Source: Patescibacteria group bacterium (GTDB lineage Bacteria; Patescibacteriota; Patescibacteriia; UBA9570). From it: DNA of 61,723 nucleotides. The notes beneath the pieces were generated by a model. The model did not search any database, was not told the origin of the DNA, and saw nothing but the letters and a program-made list of their open reading frames with translations. Positions 1 to 9,502 of the stretch are shown piece after piece. The translations under genes were made by a program, and so were the position numbers. Where the stretch lies: assembly GCA_041665365.1 (NCBI GenBank), contig JBAYIY010000009.1:1-61723 (forward strand), written 5' to 3'. The first letter of the stretch is position 1. The number at the start of each line of letters is the position of its first letter.

Positions 1-1038
1 ATCGATCGAGCTTAACCAGGAGCGTAATTCAGAGACCGTATTTTCATAATATTCCGCGACGCGTGGATCGGCCGTTAAAACCTTAGCATCATAATACGAT
101 AAAAAATATTCTTCACGAAATCGCGCCCGTCTTTCTAAGGGTAATTCTGGAATCTTTTTAAAGATAGCATTGATTTGATCTTGAGTAATGTGTAAAGGCG
201 GTATGTCTGGCTCAGGAAAATAACGATAATCAGCGGCTTCCTCCTTGCTGCGTAACTCAACAGTTTTACCGGTGGTATCTTCCCAGCCACAAGTGCGTTG
301 TTGCTCAGGCGCTTGCTGGTTTTCCCACAACTTGGTTTGTTCGGTTATTTCATAAATTAAGGCCTGCTCGGCCGCTTTAAACGAATTCATGTTTTTAATT
401 TCCGTTCTGGGACACAAAGCAGTATCCCCAACTGGACGCAATGAAATATTTACATCCATGCGCATGTGCCCCTTTTCCATATCGGCATCAGAGATACCTA
501 AATAACGCACTAACATTTGTAACTCTTGTAAGAAAATGCGCGCCTGCTTTGGTGTACGTAAATCCGGACGGGTCACGATTTCAATCAGTGGGCAGCCAGC
601 GCGGTTAAAATCTACCATCGTGGCGGTGGCAGTATGAACATTTTTAGCCGCATCTTCCTCTAAATGGATCCGTTCAATGCCTATTTCTAAAGGTGTGGCA
701 TCATCTGGATAAATCACCAATTTTCCATTACTGCAGAGCGGTAAATCGTGTTGGGAAATCTGATATCCCTTAGGTAGATCAGGGTAGAAATATTGTTTAC
801 GGTCAAATTTGGTAAATTCAGCAATTTTACAATTAAGGGCTAACCCCGCCAATATGCCCATATCAACGGCGGTGGCATTTAACACTGGCAAAGTACCAGG
901 ATGAGCCAACGAGGTGGGATTAACAAATACATTCGGTTCTAACGAATCAGCGTTAGAATCAGCCGAAAACATTTTCGACTTAGTGTTTAGCTGAACGTGT
1001 ATCTCCAGCCCAATAACCGCCTCGTATGTTTGCTCCAT
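1..1038 (-). CDS. gatB: Asp/Glu-tRNA(Asn/Gln) amidotransferase subunit B, N-terminal 346 codons (3' end lies beyond window)
   Basis: Own translation of the minus strand from the ATG at 1036-1038 to the window edge gives 346 codons with no stop. MEQTYEAVIGLEIHVQLNTKSKMF, FYPDLPKGYQISQ, RIHLEEDAAK and NRAGCPLIEIVT are GatB signatures. Not in the ORF track because the frame is cut by the edge. Confidence 0.9.
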   Translation of the reverse strand, partial: MEQTYEAVIGLEIHVQLNTKSKMFSADSNADSLEPNVFVNPTSLAHPGTLPVLNATAVDMGILAGLALNCKIAEFTKFDRKQYFYPDLPKGYQISQHDLPLCSNGKLVIYPDDATPLEIGIERIHLEEDAAKNVHTATATMVDFNRAGCPLIEIVTRPDLRTPKQARIFLQELQMLVRYLGISDADMEKGHMRMDVNISLRPVGDTALCPRTEIKNMNSFKAAEQALIYEITEQTKLWENQQAPEQQRTCGWEDTTGKTVELRSKEEAADYRYFPEPDIPPLHITQDQINAIFKKIPELPLERRARFREEYFLSYYDAKVLTADPRVAEYYENTVSELRSWLSSID

Positions 1039-1092
1039 ATCTAGGCTAGTTTGCCACAAATCACATTACCGGTCAATTATTCTTTACTAGCT

Positions 1093-2520
1093 TCAGAATC
1101 GCTTAAGGCCTGTAGCATTACTTAACCAACGATGTAAGTATTCAGTGGCAATCACATCATCTTCATTATAATCGATAATGTCTTGCAAAACTTGTTTATC
1201 TTTGGTTTCTAGCCATTTTTCGTACCAAAAAATACTTTGCGCTCCACCGGCCTTAGGATGACGCCATTTATAGTTTAAGAATTTTGATTTGGCTATATCT
1301 TTAATAGAATAAAAATACAATGGGAAGATCACTGACTCTTGAACGGTTTTACACAGATCAATGAAATTTTCAACAAATGGTGCCACGATATCTTCACCAC
1401 CGTAGGTTTTGGCCATACCCAAAACACGCGAGCGTTCATAATCGGCAAAGTGATAAACTTTATACCCGTTAATGGGTAATGTTCTTATCCAATCTATAAA
1501 TTCCTGCCACAAGTGAGCTTCATCTTCTGGTTGTTCGGCAATAAAATAGACATATCGACCCGGTTTTTTACCATCCACTATCCAAAAACCAAACAAGTAT
1601 TGCACTTGCAATAAAGGGTCACCTTCAATATCAAAATAGATTTTGAGTGGTGCTTCAGGGATAATTGGTTTTTGCAGCCAATAAATATCATGATTGATCA
1701 AAGCTTGGGCTTGTAACTTTATTCGCTTCAAACTGTCTGCGCTTGTGAAAGGGATGATCGGTAAACTGGCCAGATCAATCTTGGCAGCATCATGCACAGT
1801 TTTAATACCCAGCGTGCGAAAAGCGGTCAGAGCGCGAGAATCTAGTTTATAGATCAAAGCAATATCATCGACCGCTTCGGCTTCACGAATACATTCTTTA
1901 AACCAGGGATTTTGTTTACAGGTGCTGACTAATTTTAACGGCGGTTTTTTGCCTTCTAAGATGGCCAGTATTTCTTTAATCTTTTTCCAGGTTTTTACTC
2001 GATGCATTTCACTAAGTTCAATTGGTACTCGCTGATACTCACTATTGATAATTTCACAGTCTTGCGGAAACACACCTTGGATTTGCTTTAAAATCAAAGC
2101 ATATAGGGTAAGTTGCAACCAGTGAGTTGGTTTGACTCGTTTAGAATTTTTTATATCCACTGGCCGGTAATAATAATCACCAAACTTTGATTTACCAGGT
2201 AATTTTTCAAGCAAATCTGGCCGTCCTTGATAGCATACTCCTTTTAGCACAGCTCGAATTGAACCTTGATAAATCAGTGGTGTTCCGGCCCGCATCAGCC
2301 GGTCAGTTTCAATATAACCAGCTTCACCTAATTGAGTCGCAACTGATGTTATTGCTAAACCTTTAATGTAGTCATCTTCATGCAGCACGCCCTGCTCTAA
2401 TAATTTAGCGGCCAGTTCAGGCATGTCACCCTTTTTGGATTGATCACCATACAGATCACGCCAGATCCAATGTGGACAGGTAGCGTAACGAAAAAACAAA
2501 GATGGATTGAAGGTCAGCAT
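1093..2520 (-). CDS. RecB-family nuclease, TM0106-like (Cas4/PD-(D/E)XK N-domain plus RNase-H-fold exonuclease C-domain)
   Basis: 475 aa. The N-terminal region has a nuclease core (GRPDLLE ... VDIKNSK) and Cys residues (ATCPHW, STCKQNPWFKEC). The middle is HhH-like (LGIKTVHDAAKIDL). The C-terminal region has exonuclease motifs YFDIEGDP and YNEDDVIATEYL. Confidence 0.7.
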   Translation of the reverse strand: MLTFNPSLFFRYATCPHWIWRDLYGDQSKKGDMPELAAKLLEQGVLHEDDYIKGLAITSVATQLGEAGYIETDRLMRAGTPLIYQGSIRAVLKGVCYQGRPDLLEKLPGKSKFGDYYYRPVDIKNSKRVKPTHWLQLTLYALILKQIQGVFPQDCEIINSEYQRVPIELSEMHRVKTWKKIKEILAILEGKKPPLKLVSTCKQNPWFKECIREAEAVDDIALIYKLDSRALTAFRTLGIKTVHDAAKIDLASLPIIPFTSADSLKRIKLQAQALINHDIYWLQKPIIPEAPLKIYFDIEGDPLLQVQYLFGFWIVDGKKPGRYVYFIAEQPEDEAHLWQEFIDWIRTLPINGYKVYHFADYERSRVLGMAKTYGGEDIVAPFVENFIDLCKTVQESVIFPLYFYSIKDIAKSKFLNYKWRHPKAGGAQSIFWYEKWLETKDKQVLQDIIDYNEDDVIATEYLHRWLSNATGLKRF

Positions 2521-2522
2521 TC

Positions 2523-2888
2523 CTATTTCAAATGGTGTTGCACCCGTTTAACTAAGTCTTCTAATGTGATAGATAATTTTTCAATATATTCCTCTGCTCC
2601 CAGTGCTAAACCCCTGGTAATATCAGATTTCTCAGACAGATTAGAAAATATTATCACCGGAATTTTCTTATAAGCATCGGTCTGTTTAATTTTCTCTAAA
2701 AAAGAAAAACCATTCATTTTTGGTAACCATAGATCTAATAATATTAAATCAGGTTTATTGAGTTTTAATTTTTCTAATGCGTCAATGCCATCTTTGGCCA
2801 TAGTGACGTCAAGTTTAGCATTCTGAAACTGAATATTTAATACTTTTGCCAAAGGCGCTTCATCCTCAACGATGAGAATTTTTTTCAT
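2523..2888 (-). CDS. Stand-alone response-regulator receiver (CheY-like) protein
   Basis: 121 aa. KILIVEDE, phospho-acceptor context LILLDLWLPKMNG, IIFSN and a conserved K (EYIEK). There is no output domain. The stop lies 2 nt before the nuclease start. Confidence 0.85.
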   Translation of the reverse strand: MKKILIVEDEAPLAKVLNIQFQNAKLDVTMAKDGIDALEKLKLNKPDLILLDLWLPKMNGFSFLEKIKQTDAYKKIPVIIFSNLSEKSDITRGLALGAEEYIEKLSITLEDLVKRVQHHLK

Positions 2889-2896
2889 ATTTTTTT

Positions 2897-2902
2897 ATTA
2901 TA
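2897..2902 (-). promoter_or_regulatory. -10 box TATAAT, 8 nt upstream of the receiver-gene ATG (leaderless-type)
   Basis: The minus strand reads TATAAT-aaaaaaat-ATG. There is no convincing -35, because that position overlaps the tRNA 3' end. Confidence 0.4.
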
Positions 2903-2919
2903 AATGATTTTTCATATTG

Positions 2920-2992
2920 TCGGGGTACCGAGACTCGAACTCGGAACCTCACGAACCCGAATCGTGCGCCCTACCAATTGGGCCATACCCCG
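2920..2992 (-). tRNA. tRNA-Pro (anticodon CGG), 73 nt, CCA not encoded
   Basis: Folded by hand. Acceptor CGGGGTA/TACCCCG, D arm GCCC/GGGC, anticodon stem CACGA/TCGTG with loop TTCGGGT, T arm CCGAG-TTCGAGT-CTCGG, discriminator A. Confidence 0.9.
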
Positions 2993-3023
2993 CCTACATC
3001 TAAACCCGCGGAAACCTGAGGTC

Positions 3024-3052
3024 AGATTACCTAATTTATATTAATATGGCAA
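3024..3052 (-). promoter_or_regulatory. Candidate tRNA-Pro promoter TTGCCA-17-TAATCT
   Basis: Read on the minus strand. The -10 ends 31 nt upstream of the mature tRNA 5' end, consistent with an RNase P-processed leader. Confidence 0.4.
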
Positions 3053-3073
3053 CTTAACTTAAGTATCATTTAA

Positions 3074-4570
3074 TTATAGATCGTATCCGGTGTACGATAA
3101 ATTGAAGCTTTTGTTGATGAGGGGGAAATCGGGCACCATGTTATGCAAGCCGGCGTGACTTAATAGTGTCCAGTTAATGAAGGATGGATCCTGTGGTGCC
3201 ACTCGGGAGAGGGTACCAGTTTTATCAGTGGTTACAAAATAGAGTATTTCGCCTCTCCAACCCTCCACTAGCGCTGTGGCCACGGAATTGTTTTTTAATG
3301 CTCCTACTTTTTGTTTGATTGACCCAGTTGGTAATGCTTTTAAAGCCTGGTCAATTAATTCAAGTGCTGTAAATACTTCTTTAACACGAACGTAAAATCT
3401 GGCATAGACATCACCACTTTGCTCGGTAGCAATGGTGGGTAACTTAATTTCTGTATAAGCCGCGTAAGGAAAATCAATCCGCACATCATGCGCAATACCA
3501 GTGGCTTTAGCAGCCACACCGGTTGCTCCGCAGCGCAATACAATCTCCTGTGTAATTTTACCAGTTCCAGTGAGACGATTAAGCAGTGTGCCACTACCTT
3601 TAGCAATGGCCAATACTTCCATAAAATCTTGTTTAATGTCAACCAACTCAACACGCAAAAGTTTTGCGGCAGCACTAGTAATATCTTGTGTGACACCGCC
3701 GCAAATATTAACTCCGCGTAAAAACCGGTTACCGGTTAAGCGCTGATTGATTTGCATAATTCTTTCCCGCAGTCTGGCGCCATGTGCTCCACCAAAATTG
3801 TAGCCAGTATCCAACATGATGGCACCAATATCACCGAAATGATTGGCTAGTCTTTCAAGTTCAGCATAGATCACACGTAAGTAATTGGCACGATTTGGAG
3901 GTGTAGTATCAGATAGTTGTTCGAGTGCTAAACAATAGGCCAAGGCATGACTAAAAGAACTATCTCCGGAAATTTTCTCAGCTAAGCTAATTGTTTTATC
4001 AAGCGGCAATTGTTCAAATAATTTTTCACTGCCTTTATGAGTGTAACCCAACTTTGGTTCAAGCAGCCTGATGGCTTCTCCCATAACACTAAAACGAAAA
4101 TGACCCGGTTCGATAATTCCAGCATGAATGGGGCCTACGGGAATTTCGTATATCCCCTCTTCTGGGAGCGTGGTAAATTCATATTGTCCAGCAGTAACAT
4201 TATCTGGTCGTGTCTGCCAATTAAAATCCTTACGTAATGGGAATTTATCGGTTGGCCAATTGTCGTGGAGAATAAGTTGTCGTTGATCGGCCAGGCCATC
4301 GGCCTTAAGACCAAAAAAGGTTAAAAGCTTCCTTTCGTAATAACTGGCGGCGGGTAGCAGTTTGGATAAAGACGGAAAATGTTGGTTATCAGCTATGGAC
4401 AGACACAAAATTACCTCCCCAAATACATACCAGATTTTATCATCAGAGGCAGTGATCAATTTCAAACTTAGATGCTTAACTGTAATCAATTCTGTTACAA
4501 CATTTAGTAATTTTTCAGGTGTAACATTAATTATTTCTGTCGGCATCATATTAGTATTGTACCGCAACAT
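3074..4570 (-). CDS. Group-4 [NiFe]-hydrogenase large-subunit homologue (HycE/HyfG, NuoC-NuoD fusion type) lacking all four Ni-Fe cysteine ligands
   Basis: 498 aa. IPVGPIHAGIIEPGHFRFS, LGYTHKG and RLANHFGDIG are family motifs. The N-terminal CxxC position reads SGDS (aa 201-204). The C-terminal DPCxxC position reads NLSYTG (aa 490-495). An alternative start is MMPTE at 4549, just after the upstream stop. Confidence 0.8.
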   Translation of the reverse strand: MLRYNTNMMPTEIINVTPEKLLNVVTELITVKHLSLKLITASDDKIWYVFGEVILCLSIADNQHFPSLSKLLPAASYYERKLLTFFGLKADGLADQRQLILHDNWPTDKFPLRKDFNWQTRPDNVTAGQYEFTTLPEEGIYEIPVGPIHAGIIEPGHFRFSVMGEAIRLLEPKLGYTHKGSEKLFEQLPLDKTISLAEKISGDSSFSHALAYCLALEQLSDTTPPNRANYLRVIYAELERLANHFGDIGAIMLDTGYNFGGAHGARLRERIMQINQRLTGNRFLRGVNICGGVTQDITSAAAKLLRVELVDIKQDFMEVLAIAKGSGTLLNRLTGTGKITQEIVLRCGATGVAAKATGIAHDVRIDFPYAAYTEIKLPTIATEQSGDVYARFYVRVKEVFTALELIDQALKALPTGSIKQKVGALKNNSVATALVEGWRGEILYFVTTDKTGTLSRVAPQDPSFINWTLLSHAGLHNMVPDFPLINKSFNLSYTGYDL

Positions 4571-5993
4571 TATTGATTAAAATCTGTAAAAAGGGTGGCA
4601 GCCAAAAACCCAAATATAACACTATAACGAGCAGTGCTAGCGGTGGTAGAATCAGCCAGACACTTTCTTTGGTAGCTACTAGTTGAGTTGGTTTTTCACC
4701 GAACATCATCGCGGAGGTGTGTTTTAAAAAGCCAATAAATAAAACGGCCATGAGCAACAAGACCAGGACGGTACTGACTGGATAGGTTTTGATGCCGATA
4801 GCAAGAATGGATAATTTGGTTAGAAAAATACCAACGGGTGGTGCCCCAGTAATGGCAAAAAAACCAGCCAAAAATAGCCCACCCGTAATTGGAATGGCAG
4901 TCAAAACGCCCTTAACATTGGCAATTTTGGTAGAACTATAATTTAAAAATATTGTACCAGAGGCTAGAAATAAAGCCGATTTAATAAACGCGTGGTACAT
5001 CATGTGAAAAACCGCCGCCAGTGCGCCTAAGCCACCCAGACCAAAGCCGAGCAATATAATTCCCATATTCTCAACACTGGAATAGGCTAACAAACGTTTG
5101 TAATTTTTTTGCGTAAAAATAATCAGTGCGGCAAACAAAATTGAAACACCACCAAATAATAAAAATAGGTGTCCGGTAAAATCCGGTCCAATCACCAGGT
5201 CGGTAATTAACTTAAATCTTAATACCGCCATCAAAGCGACATTCAACAAAACACCCGAGAGCAGTGCCGAAATTGGTACGGGGGCTTTGCTATGGGCATC
5301 CGGTAACCAGGTATGCATGGGAGCAAGACCAACTTTTGTGCCATAGCCAACTAAGACAAAAATAAAAGCGATGCGTGCGATCACCGGATCAAGGTGTGTG
5401 GCGGCTATTGCCAAACCTTGCCAACTGATAAACCCACTAGTCAGGTTTGCCTCGATCGACGTGAAATATAATAAGGTGCCGAAGAAGCCTAATAATAATC
5501 CAATAGAATTAATAATCAGATATTTCCAGGCGGCTTCGGTAGCGGTCGGTTTGTTATAAAAACTAATCAAAAATGCCGTGGCTAAGGTAGTTGCTTCAAT
5601 TGAGATCCAAGTAAAAATTGGACTACTCGACGATACCGCTAAGAACATCGCCATCATAAAGAGATTGAGTAATAAATAGTAGTGTTGCACCTGCTTATAA
5701 CTAATAATATTTTTAGCAGTTTCCGTTCTGAGGTACGGAATAGAATAAGCCACGGTCGCCAAACTAATACAGGCAATAATCAACAGCAGTAGGGCGCCCA
5801 AACTATCAACTGAAAAAAATGTCAAGGCATCATAACTGCCTAGAGCGGCCACCGTTTGTGACACGATAACAGCTTCGACGAGAGCCATAACGGCGGCGAG
5901 TAGTGTAGCGCCTTCAATGAGACGGCGGTCAGTCGCTAATACAGTAATTAACGCGGCTCCGGCTAAGGCTACTAGAATAATGAGTATGGCCAT
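4551..5993 (-). CDS. Antiporter-like membrane subunit (NuoM/NuoN/HyfF/MrpD family)
   Basis: 480 aa polytopic protein with WISIEATTLATAF and GYGTKVGLAPMHTWLPDAHSKAPVPISALLSG motifs. Confidence 0.8.
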   Translation of the reverse strand: MAILIILVALAGAALITVLATDRRLIEGATLLAAVMALVEAVIVSQTVAALGSYDALTFFSVDSLGALLLLIIACISLATVAYSIPYLRTETAKNIISYKQVQHYYLLLNLFMMAMFLAVSSSSPIFTWISIEATTLATAFLISFYNKPTATEAAWKYLIINSIGLLLGFFGTLLYFTSIEANLTSGFISWQGLAIAATHLDPVIARIAFIFVLVGYGTKVGLAPMHTWLPDAHSKAPVPISALLSGVLLNVALMAVLRFKLITDLVIGPDFTGHLFLLFGGVSILFAALIIFTQKNYKRLLAYSSVENMGIILLGFGLGGLGALAAVFHMMYHAFIKSALFLASGTIFLNYSSTKIANVKGVLTAIPITGGLFLAGFFAITGAPPVGIFLTKLSILAIGIKTYPVSTVLVLLLMAVLFIGFLKHTSAMMFGEKPTQLVATKESVWLILPPLALLVIVLYLGFWLPPFLQILINNVAVQY

Positions 5994-5995
5994 AA

Positions 5996-6643
5996 TTAAT
6001 CTTTTAAGTGTTTCATTAAACTGGTATCGAGTGATCCAAAATGTTGATAAATCATTCTTATAAAAACAGTGGCAATAACCAGCCAGATCAGAATATCAAA
6101 AATAATGCCGATTTGCAGGACCGGCGATTGTTCTAGGCCGGCAAAAATAGCAAAAGCGACAATGCCATTTTCCAGAGATAATACACCAATGGCCTGAAAT
6201 AAAGCATCTTTCCGATTAACGATTAAAAACATCGCCATAAAAATAGCGGCCAAGGATAACGCTAATAAACTATGCTGCGCCGGAATAATATTCGTCAGAG
6301 CCGATAAATAATTGGAATGTGCCAGCAGCGTTATTACGGCAATGACAATCAATGTCAGTGGCATGCTTAAATAGTTGCTGACGGAAAAGTTTAGACTGAG
6401 TCGTTTGATTAGACCGGTAAAAAAGACGGTCGCCAAAATAACTTTAACGATCAGGGTTAATAACACGACAATGAGTAAAGAAAAATTATTGGTTTCAAAA
6501 AATGAATTAAGGAGCAGTAGTGTAATAATGACCGATTGAATCACGTAAGCTATTACTGTGCCAAAATTTGTCTCAATTAGGTGTAAGGAAATAATGGTTA
6601 AAAACATTATTCCCAGTAAAACTTGTAAAACAAATATACTCAT
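5996..6643 (-). CDS. HyfE-like small polytopic membrane subunit (NuoK-related)
   Basis: 215 aa and very hydrophobic. Its size and its position between the NuoH-like and HyfF-like genes match hyfE. The conserved Glu in SLENGIVAFA is NuoK-like. Confidence 0.6.
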   Translation of the reverse strand: MSIFVLQVLLGIMFLTIISLHLIETNFGTVIAYVIQSVIITLLLLNSFFETNNFSLLIVVLLTLIVKVILATVFFTGLIKRLSLNFSVSNYLSMPLTLIVIAVITLLAHSNYLSALTNIIPAQHSLLALSLAAIFMAMFLIVNRKDALFQAIGVLSLENGIVAFAIFAGLEQSPVLQIGIIFDILIWLVIATVFIRMIYQHFGSLDTSLMKHLKD

Positions 6644-7572
6644 ACCAGTTGTAATAAACTAATGGCGATCGCACTCAAGATGAAAGACGTAATCAGCAAA
6701 TTGGGTAATTGAAAAAATCTATATTTAGCAATGGTTGATTCAATAATTGCAATAACCAAACAAACCCCAAATACTTTTAACAGCAGTACAATAATTCCGA
6801 ATATAATGGCTAACCCGCTGGTTTGCTGAGCAATGCCATAGGGAAAGAATAAATTAGCCCCTAACGCCGCTAGAATCATGAATTTGTTCGCCGCAGCCCA
6901 TTCCATTAAGGCCAGTCTTTTGCCGGAATATTCAAGAATCATCGCTTCGTGAATCATAGTCAATTCCAAATGAGTCGCCGGATTATCAAATGGGTAGCGA
7001 CCCGTCTCTGCTAATAGCACTATAAAATAGCTGGCCAGGGCAAATATTATCGGCAGAAAAAAGTGGCCGGACAATAACGCGGCAGAGTTGGACATAGCAA
7101 ATAAATTAGTTGTGCCGGTGATTAAAGAAATTGTGAACAGGGCAGTTAAACAACCGGCTTCAGCCAAAGCAAAAACTGTCATTTCCCGGCTTGAACCAAA
7201 GCCACCAAACCCGCTCCCCGTATCCATCCCAGCCAAGGCTAGAAAAAACGTCCCAAGCGCCAACATGTAGATCACGACCAGTAAATCACCGGAATATGGG
7301 TTACTTAAGAAAGCGGCGAATAATGGGATGCTAACACCAATTACCAGTGTGCTGGAGAAAATAATAAATGGTGCAAACCGAAAAATCCAAGACGCCTCAC
7401 GACTAATAATTTCATCTTTATGTAGTAACTTCCAAATATCGCGATACATTTGAAAAATACTGGCACCAGTACGACCCTGTAATTTGGCTTTTATCTTTTT
7501 AATAATACCCAAAGCTAACGGAGATAATAGCGGTATGAAGAGTAATTGAATTAACCAACTAATGACCAGCAT
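6640..7572 (-). CDS. NuoH/HycD/HyfC-like membrane subunit
   Basis: 310 aa. The N-terminus reads KKIKAKLQGRTGASIFQMYRDIWKL, and ETGRYPFDNPATHLELTMIHEAMILEYSG is present. Confidence 0.8.
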   Translation of the reverse strand: MLVISWLIQLLFIPLLSPLALGIIKKIKAKLQGRTGASIFQMYRDIWKLLHKDEIISREASWIFRFAPFIIFSSTLVIGVSIPLFAAFLSNPYSGDLLVVIYMLALGTFFLALAGMDTGSGFGGFGSSREMTVFALAEAGCLTALFTISLITGTTNLFAMSNSAALLSGHFFLPIIFALASYFIVLLAETGRYPFDNPATHLELTMIHEAMILEYSGKRLALMEWAAANKFMILAALGANLFFPYGIAQQTSGLAIIFGIIVLLLKVFGVCLVIAIIESTIAKYRFFQLPNLLITSFILSAIAISLLQLV

Positions 7573-9497
7573 AAAATTATTGTGATAGCAATTAGGATAT
7601 ATAACACATAAACATTGATATTACCACTTTGAATCGTTTTAGCACGCCGTGAAATATTAACGACCACGTGATAGAGTGGCTGATAAAAATATGTTTGGTA
7701 GATGGTTGGTGTGCTGAAGGAAAATATTTGCACGATTGACCTGGCAAAACCGGTGGCCGTAATTTCCATCCGGGCAGTGGGATCTGTACCACAATTCCAA
7801 GTGTCACCAATTGTTGTAGTTTGTTTTTTATAAATTAACTTTTGGATAATTAACCAAACCACCAGTAGTGCCAGCACTAAACTAAGCAAAATAGCTGGCC
7901 CAGAGACAGTGTTTAAATTGATGGCTAGTTTATCAACTGGTAGTTTTTGTATAACAAAAATTTCATGACTGATTTTATTTAAAAGTAACATAATATTATT
8001 GGAAAATACTCCAAACAATAAACACAGTACAGCCAGCGCACCCATGCCCAACTTTAGTGGCCAAGTTGATTCTTTCGCCTGGCTTACTGCTGAACTACGC
8101 GGTCGCGCTAAGAAAGTTGCGCCAAAGGCTTTAACAAAGCAGGCCAGAGCCAGACCACCAGTTAAAGCCAGTGCACCGGCGGCTAAAACAAACAATGATT
8201 TTACAAAAACATCGGCTGTGCCCATGCCTTGCAGTAAGGCTTGATAGGTTAACCACTCACTGAAAAAACCATTAAATGGCGGCAAAGCTGAAATGGCCAT
8301 TGATCCAATCAGAAAATAAACAGCTGTTTGCGGCATAAACTTTATCAGCCCGCCATATTTTTCCATGTTGCGCGTGTGCGTTTGATTAATCACCGATCCG
8401 GCACTAAGAAACAGTAAAGATTTAAATGTGGCATGATTTAAAGTATGAAACAACGCTGCCACTAAGGCCAGCACTGCCAAGGCGAGATGGTTGGTAGAAG
8501 AAAAAAACATGGCACTACCTAGTCCGAGTAAAATAATCCCAATATTTTCAATACTGTGATAAGCCAGCAACTTCTTTAAATCATGCTCAGTGAGCGCATA
8601 TAAAACACCCAGTACGGCTGAGGCTGACCCAACTATGAGAATGGTTATTCCCCACCAGGCCGGAATCGGCATAAGTACATCCAGAAATAACCGCACCATC
8701 ATGTAGATACCAGTTTTGATCATGACGCCGGACATTAGTGCGGAAACATGCGACGGTGCGGCGGGATGGGCGCTAGGTAACCAGATATGAAAAGGAATAA
8801 TGCCGGCTTTCGTTCCAAAACCGATTAACGCGCAGACAAAGATGATATCTTTATATACCGCCGGGATCATAGTTACACCAGATTTGATCGTACTAAAATC
8901 AAATGAACCGGTAAATTTGTACATTAATAAAAAAGCCAGAATGATAAAAACCGTCCCAACGTGTGTCATGACCAAGTAAATAAAACCGGCTTTAATATTG
9001 CCCGGTTCGTTGCGATCATATACCACAAGAAAATATGAGGCGATGGACATAATTTCCCAGGCCATCAAAAAGAACAAGGCTTGGCTCGATGACACAACCA
9101 AAATCATGCCAACAATGAAAAGGTGATAAAAGAATCCTAAAGATCCAAGGTTATATTTACTATAATAGTGTTTGATGTAGCCCAGACCGTAAATTGAACA
9201 AAACAACGCAATTAAAGAGATGATGAATATGAAGAAAGCCGCTAGTTTATCAATGTGAAATGAGGCTGAGAGCAATGGAAACAAACTCGACTGTGCGGTT
9301 AAAACCACTGCCTGACTTTTATTAAATGCACCAATCGCAAAAAGAATTCCCCAACCGGCCGCCAAAATTCCCCAACCATTTTGCCAACCATTGGCTAGAT
9401 TATTATTTTTTTGGCAGACTAAAGACCCGAGTGCACCGCAGACATAAAATGCCAGTAAAATAATGAAACCAGTGGGAGATGAAATAAAACTTAACAT
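7551..9497 (-). CDS. NuoL/HycC/HyfB-like antiporter-type membrane subunit
   Basis: 648 aa with AWEIMSIASYFLV and GFGTKAGIIPFHIWLPSAHPAAPSHVSALMSG, plus a long C-terminal extension. Confidence 0.8.
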   Translation of the reverse strand: MLSFISSPTGFIILLAFYVCGALGSLVCQKNNNLANGWQNGWGILAAGWGILFAIGAFNKSQAVVLTAQSSLFPLLSASFHIDKLAAFFIFIISLIALFCSIYGLGYIKHYYSKYNLGSLGFFYHLFIVGMILVVSSSQALFFLMAWEIMSIASYFLVVYDRNEPGNIKAGFIYLVMTHVGTVFIILAFLLMYKFTGSFDFSTIKSGVTMIPAVYKDIIFVCALIGFGTKAGIIPFHIWLPSAHPAAPSHVSALMSGVMIKTGIYMMVRLFLDVLMPIPAWWGITILIVGSASAVLGVLYALTEHDLKKLLAYHSIENIGIILLGLGSAMFFSSTNHLALAVLALVAALFHTLNHATFKSLLFLSAGSVINQTHTRNMEKYGGLIKFMPQTAVYFLIGSMAISALPPFNGFFSEWLTYQALLQGMGTADVFVKSLFVLAAGALALTGGLALACFVKAFGATFLARPRSSAVSQAKESTWPLKLGMGALAVLCLLFGVFSNNIMLLLNKISHEIFVIQKLPVDKLAINLNTVSGPAILLSLVLALLVVWLIIQKLIYKKQTTTIGDTWNCGTDPTARMEITATGFARSIVQIFSFSTPTIYQTYFYQPLYHVVVNISRRAKTIQSGNINVYVLYILIAITIILCWSLVG

Positions 9498-9502
9498 GAT
9501 GA

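Noticed and set aside
3355-3746. Nested and antisense ORFs inside the large-subunit gene (3355-3696 minus in another frame; 3488-3721 and 3501-3746 plus). Similar shadow ORFs occur elsewhere: 2440-2673, 4037-4237, 4362-4580, 5371-5559, 7088-7270, 7592-7810, 7999-8244, 10078-10524, 11596-12155, 12983-13168, 13420-13608, 15688-17024 and 17677-18162.
   Set aside because: Each lies entirely within a longer ORF that has clear family motifs. Their products are low-complexity with no recognisable motifs. They are typical frame shadows.
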